NCBI GenBank assembly: GCA_018052475.1
Contig: JAGPNG010000007.1
Coordinates: 2,588 to 66,587 of the forward strand
Direction: 5' to 3'
Source: Candidatus Fermentithermobacillaceae bacterium
GTDB lineage: Bacteria; Bacillota; Sulfobacillia; Fermentithermobacillales; Fermentithermobacillaceae
DNA: 64,000 nucleotides
Part shown: piece after piece, positions 1 to 11,688 of the stretch
Position numbering within the stretch: position 1 is the stretch's first letter
Layout: each line of letters opens with the position of its first letter
The notes under the pieces: generated by a model
Database searches by the model: none
What the model was told of the DNA's origin: nothing
The model's input: only the letters and a program-made list of their open reading frames with translations
Position numbers and translations under genes: made by a program

Positions 1-598
1 GCTCTACTGACAACTCATCGACTCTCGGGTATACGTTGTCGACGATATAGGTCTTTATTCCTGCTTTGGTTAGGGTTTTTTCTACCTCGCGCCGAGCTGC
101 AATATTTCCCGCGTATATAACAGGTGTTTTCAGCCCGGATTCGGCTATCATCTGAGCATTTCTGATTGCAGTTTGCTTTTCTCCATAATCTACTCCGCCT
201 GCAAGCATTATGATTTTTGGCCGGATCTGTTTCAGTTCTTCAATGTCGTCAGGGGTCATTTCGCCGGCGGTTACCATCTTTAGCACCGCACCTGCTCCGA
301 GGGCGGCTTCTTTTGCTGCCTTCACAGTCATATCGTAGACTAGTCCGTGCACTGTCATGGAGAGTCCTCCGGCTGCACTAGACGTCGCCATCATAGAACC
401 CCACTTTATGCTGTCAATGCCCAAGTTCGATGAGAGATCGTCTATAGCTGCGTGTAGGGCTACGGTGATGTCTGTAGGATCCATCATAGTAGCGGACAAC
501 CCTTGCCCAAGGAAGCGTGTCCCTCCCTGGGCAAGGTCAAAAGCATTCACAACAGTTGTGGTGCTGCCTATCTCGGCTACCAGAACATCAATTTTCAT
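1..598 (-). CDS. GlmL/MutL-like accessory protein, 5' part only (gene continues beyond the window edge); putative reactivase or chaperone of D-ornithine aminomutase
   Basis: Reverse-strand translation begins MKIDVLVAEIGSTTTVVNAF...AGGVDYGEK, typical of the GlmL-like proteins that accompany B12 aminomutases. Its ATG at 598 overlaps the oraE stop. Its position immediately 3' of oraE matches the ord-ort-ora operon order known from Clostridium sticklandii. Confidence 0.55.
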   Translation of the reverse strand, partial: MKIDVLVAEIGSTTTVVNAFDLAQGGTRFLGQGLSATMMDPTDITVALHAAIDDLSSNLGIDSIKWGSMMATSSAAGGLSMTVHGLVYDMTVKAAKEAALGAGAVLKMVTAGEMTPDDIEELKQIRPKIIMLAGGVDYGEKQTAIRNAQMIAESGLKTPVIYAGNIAARREVEKTLTKAGIKTYIVDNVYPRVDELSVE

Positions 599-2852
599 TT
601 GAGGTGGCCCCTTCACTATGGGTGTTTGACCCCAACTCCCTTTTCTTTTCTACTAAGAATGAAGCTACGTGGATGCCCTTAGTTCCGCGCCCAAATCCTG
701 CATCCAGACCTGCTTCTAGGGCGAGATCGTTTGTGACCTGAGTACCTCCTGCAACGAGGATAAACTTGTTCCTTACGCCCTTTTCTTCGCAGATTTGAGC
801 CAATCGCTCCATGTTTTTCCGATGTACATCGGCATGACTAATTATGGTGGATATAAGGATGGCATCGGCGTCTTCTTCAATAGCAGCATCGACCATTTTT
901 CCGACTGGAACGGATGTGCCTAGGTAAACAGCTTTTATGCCAAATCCTTCGATTCCGCCGTGTTTTATATCTATGATTTCTCGCATCCCTACTGAGTGCT
1001 CGTCTTCGCCTACTGTGCCGCATACCACCTTCATAGGGTTTTCTGAGATGTACCTTCTTATCTCATCTTCAGAAAGAAGCATGGGCTTTTCCGGTATCTC
1101 CAAGGCACTTTTATCAATTGCGAAAGGGACTATTCCCTTGAGTTCGATGAGGGTGCCTTCTGACGGGTGTATGATCCTTTTGTGGATAACCTCAGGTTCA
1201 AGAAGTCCTAGTTTCTTGGCTATCTCCAACGATGCATATTCCGCGATTTCCTCTCTTTCAGGAAGAAACACGGTAAGAGTTATATAGCCATCACCTTTCC
1301 ACTGGACCTCGGGTTTTATCATGTTTTCGGGCAGATCTTGATCTGCTTTCCTGAGTCTCACTTCGACGTTATCCTCAGGATCTAGTTCGTCTATATAAAC
1401 GATCTTGTCCCTATTGCAGAACGTGCAACCTGATACGAGATCACAGGGTTTGGAGATACCTTTCGGCAAGTTATTGTAACCGAAGTGCTCGCACACAGGC
1501 GCCATGTAATCCTTGTCTCTTTTGACTATGCTACCCGCCGCAATTCCACCGTTGGGGTCTCTTGAAATTCCATCGCCGTTTCTTTCGGGATAAAGACCTG
1601 AGTCTACGAAAAAGCCTTCGTGCACTGCATTGAAGTAACCCTTTTCCTTTATCTCTTCTAAGAAGAGGACCGCTCTTTCTGCGATCTCTCTGACCTGTTT
1701 GAAAAGGGGGCCATCCTTTCGAAACTCCAACATGTCCTTGAGACCGTCCATTCCCACAAGGGCTTGCTTAGCTGTTTCTACCGCTGCTACGTTATTGTAA
1801 TGCCATGGTACGTTTCTTCCCTCATCCGGTGTAATGGTGCTTTGGACGTCTGCAGAAGTAAGGCGTGATACAAGTAGGTTCAGAACGTGAGTTACGGTAG
1901 CTTCTCTGGAATCCGATTCAATATATCTTGTGTTCTGTTGTGCCCTTATCTTGTAGTCAGAAAAGAGCCACCTCAGGCATACAGCGTAGGGGAGGTCGTA
2001 CGATAAAGCAGGTGCCGGGGGCGCTGTTGGCGGAACCGATGAAAGAGCTATGTTGTCTTTTTTCATGCCCACCATCTCGGAGAAAACGCAGTTTATAGCA
2101 TGCTGGACCAAGAGTTCGGGCATGACTTTCCATGCCTCTCTTGCTGTTGCATTTGCGTTGTGGGCTCCGTCAATCTGAAGCATGTCACACGAAGCCATAA
2201 TCTTTTTCGCTACGGCGGCATCTACAAAAGATCTCAGCATATTGATGTTTCTGTAAAGGATGTTGTATTGCGGATCTTGGTGAGCGCCATTTACTCCCTC
2301 TTCGGCAAACATAACCGCGATCTCTGGGCCTGCTACGCCGGATATATACGAATGGAAGTTGATTGGTCTGCCTACTTCATCTTCAATCAGGTCTAGTGCC
2401 TTGCGGCTAGCTCTTACCTGTTTTCTGGTTACGGGGATCCCACCTACTCCCTCTGGGGTACCCTCTAAAAGACCATCTATGTGGCTTTGCCCTGTAGTGC
2501 GAATCACCATTATATGATCTGCACCATGCCAGGCTGCCATGCGCATGCGACGCAGGTCGTCTTCGAAACGACCCGAAGCTATCTCCGTAGTTATCACGCA
2601 GTCCGGTTGCGGGTCTACTCCGCCAAAATACTTGGCTGCGGGTAGAGGCACACAACGACTTAGTGGAGCCGAAGTCTGCTTGTATTGAAAAGGCCCGAGT
2701 TTTTGGCCTGGTTCAGCTTTTCGCCAGGTCCATCCTGAACGTCTGGGTCTATAATTGCCTAAGTCTCTGAGGATTTCTCTTACATCCAGTTTTTCGTTCG
2801 GATTCAGACCGGGATCCTTTTGGTTAGGTGTGTTGTTCGCTTGCATGGTCAA
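588..2852 (-). CDS. oraE: D-ornithine 4,5-aminomutase large (E) subunit, PLP- and adenosylcobalamin-dependent
   Basis: 754 aa ORF. The C-terminal region has a B12-binding Rossmann signature (ILISTIISHADVHRKNM...FILVAGGTQV). Size and position after the 121 aa OraS match the OraS/OraE pair. A 4 nt overlap with oraS suggests translational coupling. Confidence 0.85.
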   Translation of the reverse strand: MTMQANNTPNQKDPGLNPNEKLDVREILRDLGNYRPRRSGWTWRKAEPGQKLGPFQYKQTSAPLSRCVPLPAAKYFGGVDPQPDCVITTEIASGRFEDDLRRMRMAAWHGADHIMVIRTTGQSHIDGLLEGTPEGVGGIPVTRKQVRASRKALDLIEDEVGRPINFHSYISGVAGPEIAVMFAEEGVNGAHQDPQYNILYRNINMLRSFVDAAVAKKIMASCDMLQIDGAHNANATAREAWKVMPELLVQHAINCVFSEMVGMKKDNIALSSVPPTAPPAPALSYDLPYAVCLRWLFSDYKIRAQQNTRYIESDSREATVTHVLNLLVSRLTSADVQSTITPDEGRNVPWHYNNVAAVETAKQALVGMDGLKDMLEFRKDGPLFKQVREIAERAVLFLEEIKEKGYFNAVHEGFFVDSGLYPERNGDGISRDPNGGIAAGSIVKRDKDYMAPVCEHFGYNNLPKGISKPCDLVSGCTFCNRDKIVYIDELDPEDNVEVRLRKADQDLPENMIKPEVQWKGDGYITLTVFLPEREEIAEYASLEIAKKLGLLEPEVIHKRIIHPSEGTLIELKGIVPFAIDKSALEIPEKPMLLSEDEIRRYISENPMKVVCGTVGEDEHSVGMREIIDIKHGGIEGFGIKAVYLGTSVPVGKMVDAAIEEDADAILISTIISHADVHRKNMERLAQICEEKGVRNKFILVAGGTQVTNDLALEAGLDAGFGRGTKGIHVASFLVEKKRELGSNTHSEGATSNEN

Positions 2853-3214
2853 TCATTACCTCCCAGCGTCTGTTGAAGTTCATCCCAGCCCTTGTTATCG
2901 GCTAGTTCTTTACCTGCTGAGATGTAATCTGTATTTCTGAGGTTAGCATATTGTAGCACTAAACTGCCAACTCCTTTTCCAAGGAGTTTCCTCTTTTCTG
3001 CGCTAGATACTATTGCCTGAGCTTCCAAACTGGAAAATCCCATCCGAAGAAGGACGGATCTTTCTATGGAAGGTGAGGTATGGGTGTAGGCTAGATCATA
3101 TAGGGGTTCTACGATCTCGCGGGCTAATTCCCAGAATCTCTCCTTTAACTCATCGTCTGTCAATTTGGACAAATGTTCCCTACGCTTATCAAAATCACTT
3201 TGCCTTTGCATCAC
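2849..3214 (-). CDS. oraS: D-ornithine 4,5-aminomutase small (S) subunit
   Basis: 121 aa ORF, exactly the OraS size, immediately upstream of oraE on the same strand. Its start overlaps the ortB stop. Confidence 0.8.
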   Translation of the reverse strand: MMQRQSDFDKRREHLSKLTDDELKERFWELAREIVEPLYDLAYTHTSPSIERSVLLRMGFSSLEAQAIVSSAEKRKLLGKGVGSLVLQYANLRNTDYISAGKELADNKGWDELQQTLGGND

Positions 3215-4629
3215 AATCTCACTCCCAAGTCTCTTATAACTGATGTCACAAAATCAGCGTCTGTTTTGGTATCTTCTGCCAGAAATCGTATATCCTCCTC
3301 GGTAACGTTCTTCACTTTGTTTCTTTCCAAAGCGTTTCTAATATAAGACCTTCGCATCCTATTGAGATCCATCTCCGTGGCGGTGATCTGGGAGAAATCC
3401 TGAGGAATCACTATGGTTTTCCCTGGCTTGTTCTCTTTAGGGGCACCGCGTTTCACCGCGATCCCGTTCTGCTTGGCAAAATCCAATTGAGCCCAAGGGT
3501 GTTTTCCCGCCCCTGTGTACTCTGTTTCTTGGACTACCACGATCTCGTCTTCGGGAAGCTCTCTTGCCAAGGCGATGGCAGCAGCTAAGGAAGTATTTCC
3601 GGCAGGGCCTCTTTCCATGCCTTCAACTTGGGCAAGAGCCTCTGTCACATAAAATACCTCTCCCTGAGTTACCGTAACGTACCTGTCTAGGTATCTAAGG
3701 GGCCTTGCTGCGTTCTTCGGCACGTCAGTCCTATCAGGCCAGGTGGCAAAAGGTACCCCAAATCCTGTATGCCCTGTGGTGAAAGATTTCTTGTTAAAGT
3801 CATTGTCAGATGCCATATGAAGACCTGAGAGGTCTACGCTCGCACCTATGATAGTGCTGTTTTTTGCCCCCGCTTTCAAAGCACCTCTTGCAGTGCCGGT
3901 GACATTTCCACCGCCTGCGTGCGTCACCACAATATACGCCGGGTCTTTATCGTATCTCGCCCTAATCTGCTCTACGAGTTCATATCCTAGCGTTTCTACG
4001 CCTGAGATTCCGAAGGGGCTATACAAGGATGCATTGAAATATCCGGTTTCCTCCAGAAGTATCAAAGACACATAGAATAGCTCAGGACCAACAGTAAGTT
4101 GAACAACTTCTGCACCGTATGCTTCGCATTTCCTAGATTTTTCTATAATCTCTGGCTGACCTACATGACGAGAATCAAAGACTTCTTGAACTATTATGCA
4201 ACCTAGGTTTTTCATTGCCGCTTGAGATGCGACCGCTGCTCCATAATTGCCGCTTGTGGCAGCCAGAACTCCGGGATAGCCAAGTTTCTTTGCGTGGTGA
4301 ATTGATACGCTGGCCCTTCTGTCTTTGAAACTCCCAGACGGGTTAGCAGCCTCATCCTTTATGAGTATCCTGGCGCCAAACCCCCTTTTTGAGGTTTTTC
4401 TAACGAGATCTGTTATGTTCCTTAGCTCCAGCAAAGGTGTGTTTCCAACACCTGATTCGGATTGGATCTGCCTTACCTCTTCTAGAGAATAGCCTGCTTT
4501 TGCCATCATTCCCTCATAATCAAAGGCTATGTCAGATATTATGAATTCATCGTAGTTGAGCCCTAGGGCTCTTGACATTATTTCAGCCCTGCGGTCCATT
4601 ACCGCGTCGTAGGATGTGTCTTTTGCCAA
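3211..4629 (-). CDS. ortB: 2-amino-4-ketopentanoate thiolase beta subunit (PLP-dependent, TrpB/threonine-synthase fold)
   Basis: 472 aa ORF with a PLP-lysine region (SFKDRRAS) and a glycine-rich loop (HAGGGNVTG). It follows ortA within the ornithine degradation cluster. Confidence 0.8.
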   Translation of the reverse strand: MAKDTSYDAVMDRRAEIMSRALGLNYDEFIISDIAFDYEGMMAKAGYSLEEVRQIQSESGVGNTPLLELRNITDLVRKTSKRGFGARILIKDEAANPSGSFKDRRASVSIHHAKKLGYPGVLAATSGNYGAAVASQAAMKNLGCIIVQEVFDSRHVGQPEIIEKSRKCEAYGAEVVQLTVGPELFYVSLILLEETGYFNASLYSPFGISGVETLGYELVEQIRARYDKDPAYIVVTHAGGGNVTGTARGALKAGAKNSTIIGASVDLSGLHMASDNDFNKKSFTTGHTGFGVPFATWPDRTDVPKNAARPLRYLDRYVTVTQGEVFYVTEALAQVEGMERGPAGNTSLAAAIALARELPEDEIVVVQETEYTGAGKHPWAQLDFAKQNGIAVKRGAPKENKPGKTIVIPQDFSQITATEMDLNRMRRSYIRNALERNKVKNVTEEDIRFLAEDTKTDADFVTSVIRDLGVRL

Positions 4630-4630
4630 G

Positions 4631-4963
4631 TCATTTCCCCTCCTTCAAGGTAGCCCTAAGTTCTTGCCCAATTGCGGAGAGCTCCGAGGCACATGGGCCG
4701 AACGTGTGAGTATACTCTGGATTGATCCTAGTGAGAGTTCCTTTGACGTATCGATTGGCAGGAGTCCTTATCGTCACTTCTTCTCCCACGGTCCCTTCTT
4801 TTTCTGCCCAACCCTTTATCCAACATTCAAGCGGTACTTTCCGGGTGTCCTCAGGGATGTCCCCTGTACGTTCACGGGCCTCAAGGACTACATAGTGAAT
4901 TTCAACCCAGTCATCTTTTTTGCATTTCTCACTCATCTCTAACACCTCGTTAAATGGATTCAT
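4631..4963 (-). CDS. ortA: 2-amino-4-ketopentanoate thiolase alpha subunit
   Basis: 110 aa ORF between ord and ortB, the size and position expected for OrtA. Confidence 0.7.
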   Translation of the reverse strand: MNPFNEVLEMSEKCKKDDWVEIHYVVLEARERTGDIPEDTRKVPLECWIKGWAEKEGTVGEEVTIRTPANRYVKGTLTRINPEYTHTFGPCASELSAIGQELRATLKEGK

Positions 4964-4974
4964 AATCTATTGAG

Positions 4975-5994
4975 TTAAAAACCATTTGAGATAGATCTTG
5001 GAACCGGTAAATCGATCATAGTAAGCAGCCCCGGAGGAGCATTTACCACCAGCGGGATCATGTTAACAGCCATAGCCATTGTGCCTGTTCCCCCAGGAAT
5101 CTCAGGCTCAATTCTCAAGTTGACAGGTGGATCTCCGTCGATTACGACATAATCGCCTGTCCTGACTCCTTCAGCTTCTGGGCATACCTGCTGGGGATGT
5201 TCAAGAAATATGACTTCGCGTCCGCAAGAGTATGCTCTTGCTGTATGCCTGCAACCTGCCACGTTGCCTGGTGTGACATCTACGTAGTTGGTTTTGCGCC
5301 GTACGTTGGTGATTATGGGTTGCCTTTCTTCGACTATGTCTTCAATAGTCCACCCCAGCGCCTTTGCGATGAGCATGATCGATTGCCTGAAGCCGATATG
5401 CCCCACGATATTGCCCGAATGTATGCCTTCTTCAAATTCCTCGGGAGTTGTGCCTACGCCTTGGGTACGCATGACCGTCGGCCCAAATGGAGCCAGATCA
5501 TTTACGCGCTTTGCATGGATGTGTCTTACCTCTTTGCACACTCCAGATAACGATACGACTAGGGTATCGAGCACGAAACCAGGGTTTATACCAGTGCCCA
5601 AGACCGTTTTTCCTCGGTTCAAGGCCAAAGCATCTAGCCTCTCGGCGATTTCTTTGGAGTCTATCCATGGATATGACATTTCTTCTGCGATGGTGATTAC
5701 GTTTGCATCATTTTCCAGTGCGAATTCTATTTGGGGGGATACTTCTTCAACAAAAGATGAAGTAGCGATTAGGGCAACATCTGGATGACTCCCAAATGCC
5801 TTTAGGTGATCCTTGGTTACCTTCACACCTAAAGGCGCTCTACCTAAGAGTTCACCGACATCTTTCCCTACTTTTTGCGGGTGCGTATCTATAACAGATA
5901 CTAATTCATAGCCGCCCTTTTCAAGCAGTATGGATGCCATGCCACTTCCCATCGCGCCAAACCCCCAGATGAGGGTCTTTACGTTTTTACCCAC
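4975..5994 (-). CDS. ord: 2,4-diaminopentanoate dehydrogenase
   Basis: 339 aa ORF with an N-terminal Rossmann motif ([10 protein letters not shown]) and first position in the ord-ortAB-oraSE operon. It appears to start with GTG at 5994. Confidence 0.8.
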   Translation of the reverse strand: MGKNVKTLIWGFGAMGSGMASILLEKGGYELVSVIDTHPQKVGKDVGELLGRAPLGVKVTKDHLKAFGSHPDVALIATSSFVEEVSPQIEFALENDANVITIAEEMSYPWIDSKEIAERLDALALNRGKTVLGTGINPGFVLDTLVVSLSGVCKEVRHIHAKRVNDLAPFGPTVMRTQGVGTTPEEFEEGIHSGNIVGHIGFRQSIMLIAKALGWTIEDIVEERQPIITNVRRKTNYVDVTPGNVAGCRHTARAYSCGREVIFLEHPQQVCPEAEGVRTGDYVVIDGDPPVNLRIEPEIPGGTGTMAMAVNMIPLVVNAPPGLLTMIDLPVPRSISNGF

Positions 5995-6110
5995 GAATGC
6001 ATCGCCTCTTTCAAATAATTCTGATAAGGGAGGAATCGTGCCTACCTATGCTAAGTACTTTCCCCGCGCTGCGATAGTATCCTTCAAATTCTTCTCCCCA
6101 GGATATGTTA

Positions 6111-6126
6111 TGCAATATCCGTGCCA
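6111..6126 (-). promoter_or_regulatory. Sigma-54 (-24/-12) promoter driving the ord-ortAB-oraSE operon
   Basis: The minus strand reads TGGCAC-ggata-TTGCA, a perfect GG-N10-GC consensus with correct spacing, about 115 nt upstream of the ord start. Confidence 0.65.
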
Positions 6127-6253
6127 ATTGAGTAAAATGGAGTCTGACTGGGATGTCGTGAGAACGCTAAGAGGTAATTGAATGGGTAATGCCGAATATT
6201 TTGCTTTGAGCGCAAGATAATCTGCACTTTTTTTGGAGGGAGCGGTTGTCTCT

Positions 6254-7702
6254 ATGAAGAAGCGGGAGTATTCATCTGTATCATCAGATGACTTGAGTAC
6301 GGACTCGAAGGTTTCGGACCTCTGCAAGGTGTCTCTTCAAGTTATGGACGAAGGTGTACACATTGTTGATAGCAGAGGAAGAACTGTTTTTTACAATACT
6401 GCTATGGCTAATTTGGAGGGATTGGACCCTTCGTTTGTCGTAGGACGGACTATCCAAGAAGTGTTTCCTAACTTGACGGAAGAGACCAGCACCCTCCTAC
6501 AGGTGCTAAAATCACAAAAACCCATCTACGACTATGTGCAAACCTATTACACGCTAGACGGCGAAAGCGTGACAACCATAAACAGCACCATCCCAATAGT
6601 GATTGAAGGTAGGTGTCAAGGAGCGGTTGAAATTGCAAAGGAAATCTCTAGAGTGGAACAGCTAGCAAAAGCAGTCCGCCAAGTGTCCGGTATGAGTGAG
6701 GCTTTTCCACTAGAGGAAGCTGCTAGGAATAACGGGACCATATATTCGTTTGAGCACGTGCTTGGTGCAAGCGAAGCAATAGTTGCTGCGAAGGAACTGG
6801 CAATTGCGTCTTCAAGGGGCGATAACCCAGTACTTATCTATGGGGAGACCGGCGTAGGTAAGGAAGTGTTTGCGCAAAGCATCCACAACGCCAGCAACAG
6901 GAGTCCTTGTCGTTTTGTAGCTGTAAACTGTGCTGCCTTGCCTGAACCCCTTCTAGAGAGCACCCTTTTCGGAACGGTGCGCGGGGCGTTTACAGGAGCA
7001 TTGGACAAACCCGGACTGTTTGAAGAAGCCCAAAAAGGCACACTTTTCTTGGACGAATTGGATTCGATGAGTCTTGCCCTTCAAGCGAAGTTGCTCAGAG
7101 TCCTGGAAGAGAAGGTAATCCGGCGGGTAGGTAGCACCTCTCTTACTCCGGTTGACGTTAGGGTGATCGCGTCCTTGGGCGATGATCCTCTAGATGCCAT
7201 GGAGTCAAACCATCTCCGCGAGGACCTTTATTTCCGAGTGGCAGTCAATGTCATTCAAATCCCGCCGCTAAGAGATAGGGGGGAGGATATTGTACTTTTG
7301 GCAAACATATTTGCGAATCGCTATGCCATGGCAACGGGACAGATTGTCCCTTCATTTGAAAATGAGACTCTTAACCTTTTCCTCAATTACACATGGCCCG
7401 GAAACGTACGGGAACTTAAGAACACGATGATGGCTATCGTAGATACAGGCAAGAGCCCTGTTTCGGTGTCAGATCTCCCTGATCATTTCAAACGGGCAAT
7501 TGCGAGAGCAGGAGTGATGAAGTCAGAAACTGACTATGGACTCAGAGTGCTAGTCGATAACACTGAACTGAGCATGATTAAGTCATCCCTCATGAGCACC
7601 GGGGGCAACGTAGCGGCCGCTGCAAGACTACTGGGTATCTCTCGGCAGTCTCTGCAATACAAGATCAAGAAATATGGGATCTCGAATCTCACCCGTAACT
7701 AG
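6254..7702 (+). CDS. Sigma-54-dependent transcriptional activator with N-terminal PAS domain (candidate regulator of the ornithine operon)
   Basis: The central domain carries the AAA+ sigma-54 interaction signatures GETGVGKE and GAFTGA, an arginine-finger region and a C-terminal Fis-type HTH (LLGISRQSLQYKIKKYGI). It is divergent from the sigma-54 promoter of ord. The ATG at 6254 (MKKREY) is preferred over the TTG at 6233. Confidence 0.85.
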   Translation: MKKREYSSVSSDDLSTDSKVSDLCKVSLQVMDEGVHIVDSRGRTVFYNTAMANLEGLDPSFVVGRTIQEVFPNLTEETSTLLQVLKSQKPIYDYVQTYYTLDGESVTTINSTIPIVIEGRCQGAVEIAKEISRVEQLAKAVRQVSGMSEAFPLEEAARNNGTIYSFEHVLGASEAIVAAKELAIASSRGDNPVLIYGETGVGKEVFAQSIHNASNRSPCRFVAVNCAALPEPLLESTLFGTVRGAFTGALDKPGLFEEAQKGTLFLDELDSMSLALQAKLLRVLEEKVIRRVGSTSLTPVDVRVIASLGDDPLDAMESNHLREDLYFRVAVNVIQIPPLRDRGEDIVLLANIFANRYAMATGQIVPSFENETLNLFLNYTWPGNVRELKNTMMAIVDTGKSPVSVSDLPDHFKRAIARAGVMKSETDYGLRVLVDNTELSMIKSSLMSTGGNVAAAARLLGISRQSLQYKIKKYGISNLTRN

Positions 7703-7726
7703 ACAACCTATTCCCGGAGTTTTTTC

Positions 7727-9382
7727 TTAGTCTTTTCTGCTGCCTTTACGCGTATCAAACTTGCGCATCTTGTTTATCGCCGTAGTGTGGGATATGCCCA
7801 AAGCGCTCCCAATCTGTCTGGAAGAATAGTAAACCTTGGAAGCTTGTGCAATGTAATGGGCTTCAATCTTTTCTAATAGCTCCGGTAGGTCCACAGGCAG
7901 TTTATCTGGCAGATAAAAGAGAGATTCGCTCCTTTTTTGTTCGGGTTCATCTGTTAGACTCCGAGATAGGTCTAAGAGGGCGTCTGGCTCTCGGAACGCT
8001 GATGCCGAGGGAACACTTTCTATGACTAGATGCGTCGCATCAATTTCTTCTGAGGCGAGTATTGCTGCCCTTTGAATCACGTTTTGAAGCTCGCGGACGT
8101 TTCCGGGCCAGCCATGGTCCAAAAGTCTGGCTATGGCGTTTTGACTCAACCTTAAGTCTGGTTTGCCAAGTTCTCTTGCCATGGTATTTACGAAATGTTC
8201 TGCCAGTAAAGGAATATCTTCTTTCCTGCTCCTAAGAGGAGGGATCCAGATAGGGATGACATTTAGTCTGTAGAACAGATCTTCTCGGAAAGTACCGTCG
8301 TTCATCATCTGCTCAAGTTCTTTGTTGGTTGCCGATACTATTCGGATATCGATTTTTATCTCTTGGCGTCCGCCTACACGTCGAATGCGTTGCTCCTGGA
8401 GCGCCCTTAAGATCTTGGCTTGGAGCGGGGGGGAGAGATCTCCAACTTCATCCAGAAAAAGCGTTCCATGGGTTGCTAGTTCAAGTAGCCCTTGTTTACC
8501 ACCGGATGAAGCGCCTGTGAATGCGCCTCGCTCATAACCGAAAAACTCGCTTTCAAGAAGGGAATCAGGTATCGCGGCGCAGTTTACCGTCACAAACGGA
8601 CCTTTCCTTCGAGATGAGTTCTTATGGATCGCTCGGGCGAAAAGCTCTTTGCCCGTACCGCTTTCCCCCCTGAGCATCACGCTCATATTAGTGGGGGCCA
8701 CGGTCTTGGCGAGATTTATAGCATTTGTAAATACCTGGCTTTCCCCTATTATATCTTCGAAGTCTATTAGCGAAGGCCCGCTTACCGACTGAATGAGCTG
8801 ACGGACGTCGTCTAGTTCGCGAAATATTATGAGCGCTCCTGCGGGGATGCCTTCTTCATTTGTGATAGTCCGTACGCTGGTTAGAACCCGGGTACTTTTC
8901 CCTTGCCATGTTACTGTTACTTCAATGTTATCTCTGTCCTCATCTAGCGACAAGGCTGGTTCGAAGTCCCTGCTCTTAAAGATCCCTTCTAGATTGGGCT
9001 GCCCTTTTTCAGGGATTCCTAGCATGTCTCTTGCTTTTTTGCTGAAATACGTAACAGTCCCTGACTGGTCAACGACTATGATACCTTCGCTGATGTTGTC
9101 GCCTATAACATCGAGAGTGGTTTCTTTCTTCTCGTATTCCATTATGTCGACTTCAATTATCTCGCCTATATCTACTACATGAGATTTCAGTTGGCGTGTA
9201 AGAGTCGCCCATGAAAGGTCTGAGGGCCATTGAACTTTGAAGTATATATGAGGGGGATTGACTTCAATGTTGAGTACATTTATCCCAAGATTGCTAACAG
9301 TCTTGAGGATGTCATAGACCATCCCTACTCGGTTTTGAGCCCCTGTGAATCTTAGTCGTTTTATCTTGTGGCTTCTATCCAA
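7727..9382 (-). CDS. TyrR-like sigma-54-dependent activator (ACT, PAS, AAA+ and HTH domains)
   Basis: 551 aa ORF with an N-terminal ACT-like region, a PAS region, GESGTGKE and GAFTGA motifs and a C-terminal HTH ([19 protein letters not shown]). The start is a TTG at 9382 preceded by a GGAGGGA ribosome-binding site. It is divergent from the tyrosine phenol-lyase gene. Confidence 0.8.
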   Translation of the reverse strand: MDRSHKIKRLRFTGAQNRVGMVYDILKTVSNLGINVLNIEVNPPHIYFKVQWPSDLSWATLTRQLKSHVVDIGEIIEVDIMEYEKKETTLDVIGDNISEGIIVVDQSGTVTYFSKKARDMLGIPEKGQPNLEGIFKSRDFEPALSLDEDRDNIEVTVTWQGKSTRVLTSVRTITNEEGIPAGALIIFRELDDVRQLIQSVSGPSLIDFEDIIGESQVFTNAINLAKTVAPTNMSVMLRGESGTGKELFARAIHKNSSRRKGPFVTVNCAAIPDSLLESEFFGYERGAFTGASSGGKQGLLELATHGTLFLDEVGDLSPPLQAKILRALQEQRIRRVGGRQEIKIDIRIVSATNKELEQMMNDGTFREDLFYRLNVIPIWIPPLRSRKEDIPLLAEHFVNTMARELGKPDLRLSQNAIARLLDHGWPGNVRELQNVIQRAAILASEEIDATHLVIESVPSASAFREPDALLDLSRSLTDEPEQKRSESLFYLPDKLPVDLPELLEKIEAHYIAQASKVYYSSRQIGSALGISHTTAINKMRKFDTRKGSRKD

Positions 9383-9433
9383 AGGACTCCCTCCAGGTAT
9401 TTGAAATGACTAAATCGATCCTTGCCTGTCCCT

Positions 9434-9502
9434 TGTAAATATGTTTTACAAACAGGTGACAATCTGTTAATGACATTTACAGCTGTAAACGATGTTTACG
9501 AC
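9434..9502. promoter_or_regulatory. Cluster of TyrR-box-like palindromes (candidate activator-binding sites)
   Basis: TGTAAAtatgtTTTACA at about 9434-9450 and TGTAAAcgatgtTTTACg at 9485-9502 match the enteric TyrR box TGTAAA-N6-TTTACA. A further TTTACAgcTGTAAA lies between them. Confidence 0.5.
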
Positions 9503-9616
9503 AAGGGTGACTCCAAATCCTTCAGTCAAACTAACTAACCGATTTGGTCTCTCGCAGTCATGGCTGTAACCTGCATATGGAGTATTTGCTTGAGAGAGCG
9601 CTTATTCTTTCAACGA

Positions 9617-9632
9617 CGGCATGCTTTTTGCA
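9617..9632 (+). promoter_or_regulatory. Sigma-54 promoter upstream of tpl
   Basis: cGGCAT-gcttt-TTGCA gives GG-N10-GC with correct spacing, 45 nt before the tpl ribosome-binding site (GGAGGGG) and ATG. Confidence 0.55.
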
Positions 9633-9647
9633 TTAACATAGATGTAG

Positions 9648-11051
<1,404 letters not shown>

Positions 11052-11071
11052 ATAGGTAAGGTTGGTTCTTT

Positions 11072-11120
11072 CCATGGGGATGCAATTTGAGCTGTACAGC
11101 ATGCATCCCCATGGTTTTTT
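11072..11120. terminator. Bidirectional rho-independent terminator between convergent tpl and the trpB2 operon
   Basis: A GC-rich palindrome (ccatggggatgcaatttgagctgtacagcatgcatccccatgg) is followed by TTTTTT. Confidence 0.6.
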
Positions 11121-11123
11121 GCT

Positions 11124-11618
11124 TCAAGAAACTATGCTTGAAGAAAGGTTCTTGAGAACAGCGACGGAGACCGGTCGCTGTTCATAAGGCCAAGGCCACA
11201 GGTGCCTAGACGTTTTTGGGGGAAGCAATTTACCCGTTAGTCCGGCCGCAATTACAGTATCCTTTGTAACCGGTGAGATGGCTTGAGCCTTGGAACCGTC
11301 CCGTTCATCTGCGGTCAAAGAGGTTCCCCAGCTGGTTACCACTATCGCATCATCGTAATAATCCAGTAGGTATGCGGGAATGAACTGACATCCTAACGAT
11401 ACGAGTGCGCGAACTCGGTGATGCCCGTCAAGTATTATCATTGAGTTTACGTCAACGATTACTGGGTATTTGATCATGCCATCGCGCTCGATCTCTTGTG
11501 TGAGTTCAAGAACTCTATCGTTATCCACATTCTCATGTGATACCAGTTCCTTGTGGTGTACCAAAGCAAATGAGTACCGGCATGTTCCAGAACTGCAATA
11601 AGATTCGGGCTCTATCAC
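11124..11618 (-). CDS. ParB/Srx-fold protein; candidate free serine kinase (SerK-like) or other NTP-dependent enzyme
   Basis: Contains KYPVIVD...IILDGHHRVRAL, the ParB/sulfiredoxin core motif. The likely start is a GTG at 11618 preceded by AAAGGAGGG. It lies 70 nt downstream of trpB2 on the same strand, with no intervening terminator. Confidence 0.55.
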   Translation of the reverse strand: MIEPESYCSSGTCRYSFALVHHKELVSHENVDNDRVLELTQEIERDGMIKYPVIVDVNSMIILDGHHRVRALVSLGCQFIPAYLLDYYDDAIVVTSWGTSLTADERDGSKAQAISPVTKDTVIAAGLTGKLLPPKTSRHLWPWPYEQRPVSVAVLKNLSSSIVS

Positions 11619-11688
11619 TTTATTTACCCTCCTTTGCAGATTGTTGCCTTTTCGCCTGCATGACAACAGGTGAACGTTCAATCACATC

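Noticed and set aside
937-1287. Short ORFs on the opposite strand inside oraE (937-1287 and 2100-2396). Similar embedded ORFs occur in the TyrR-like gene (8322-8537, 8829-9182), tpl (10272-10712), lon (27954-28397, 29601-30002), the hyd genes and the MATE genes.
   Set aside because: They are entirely contained within long, well-supported genes on the other strand. They have no ribosome-binding sites, their composition is low-complexity or skewed, and they show no family resemblance. They are antisense artefacts of six-frame translation.
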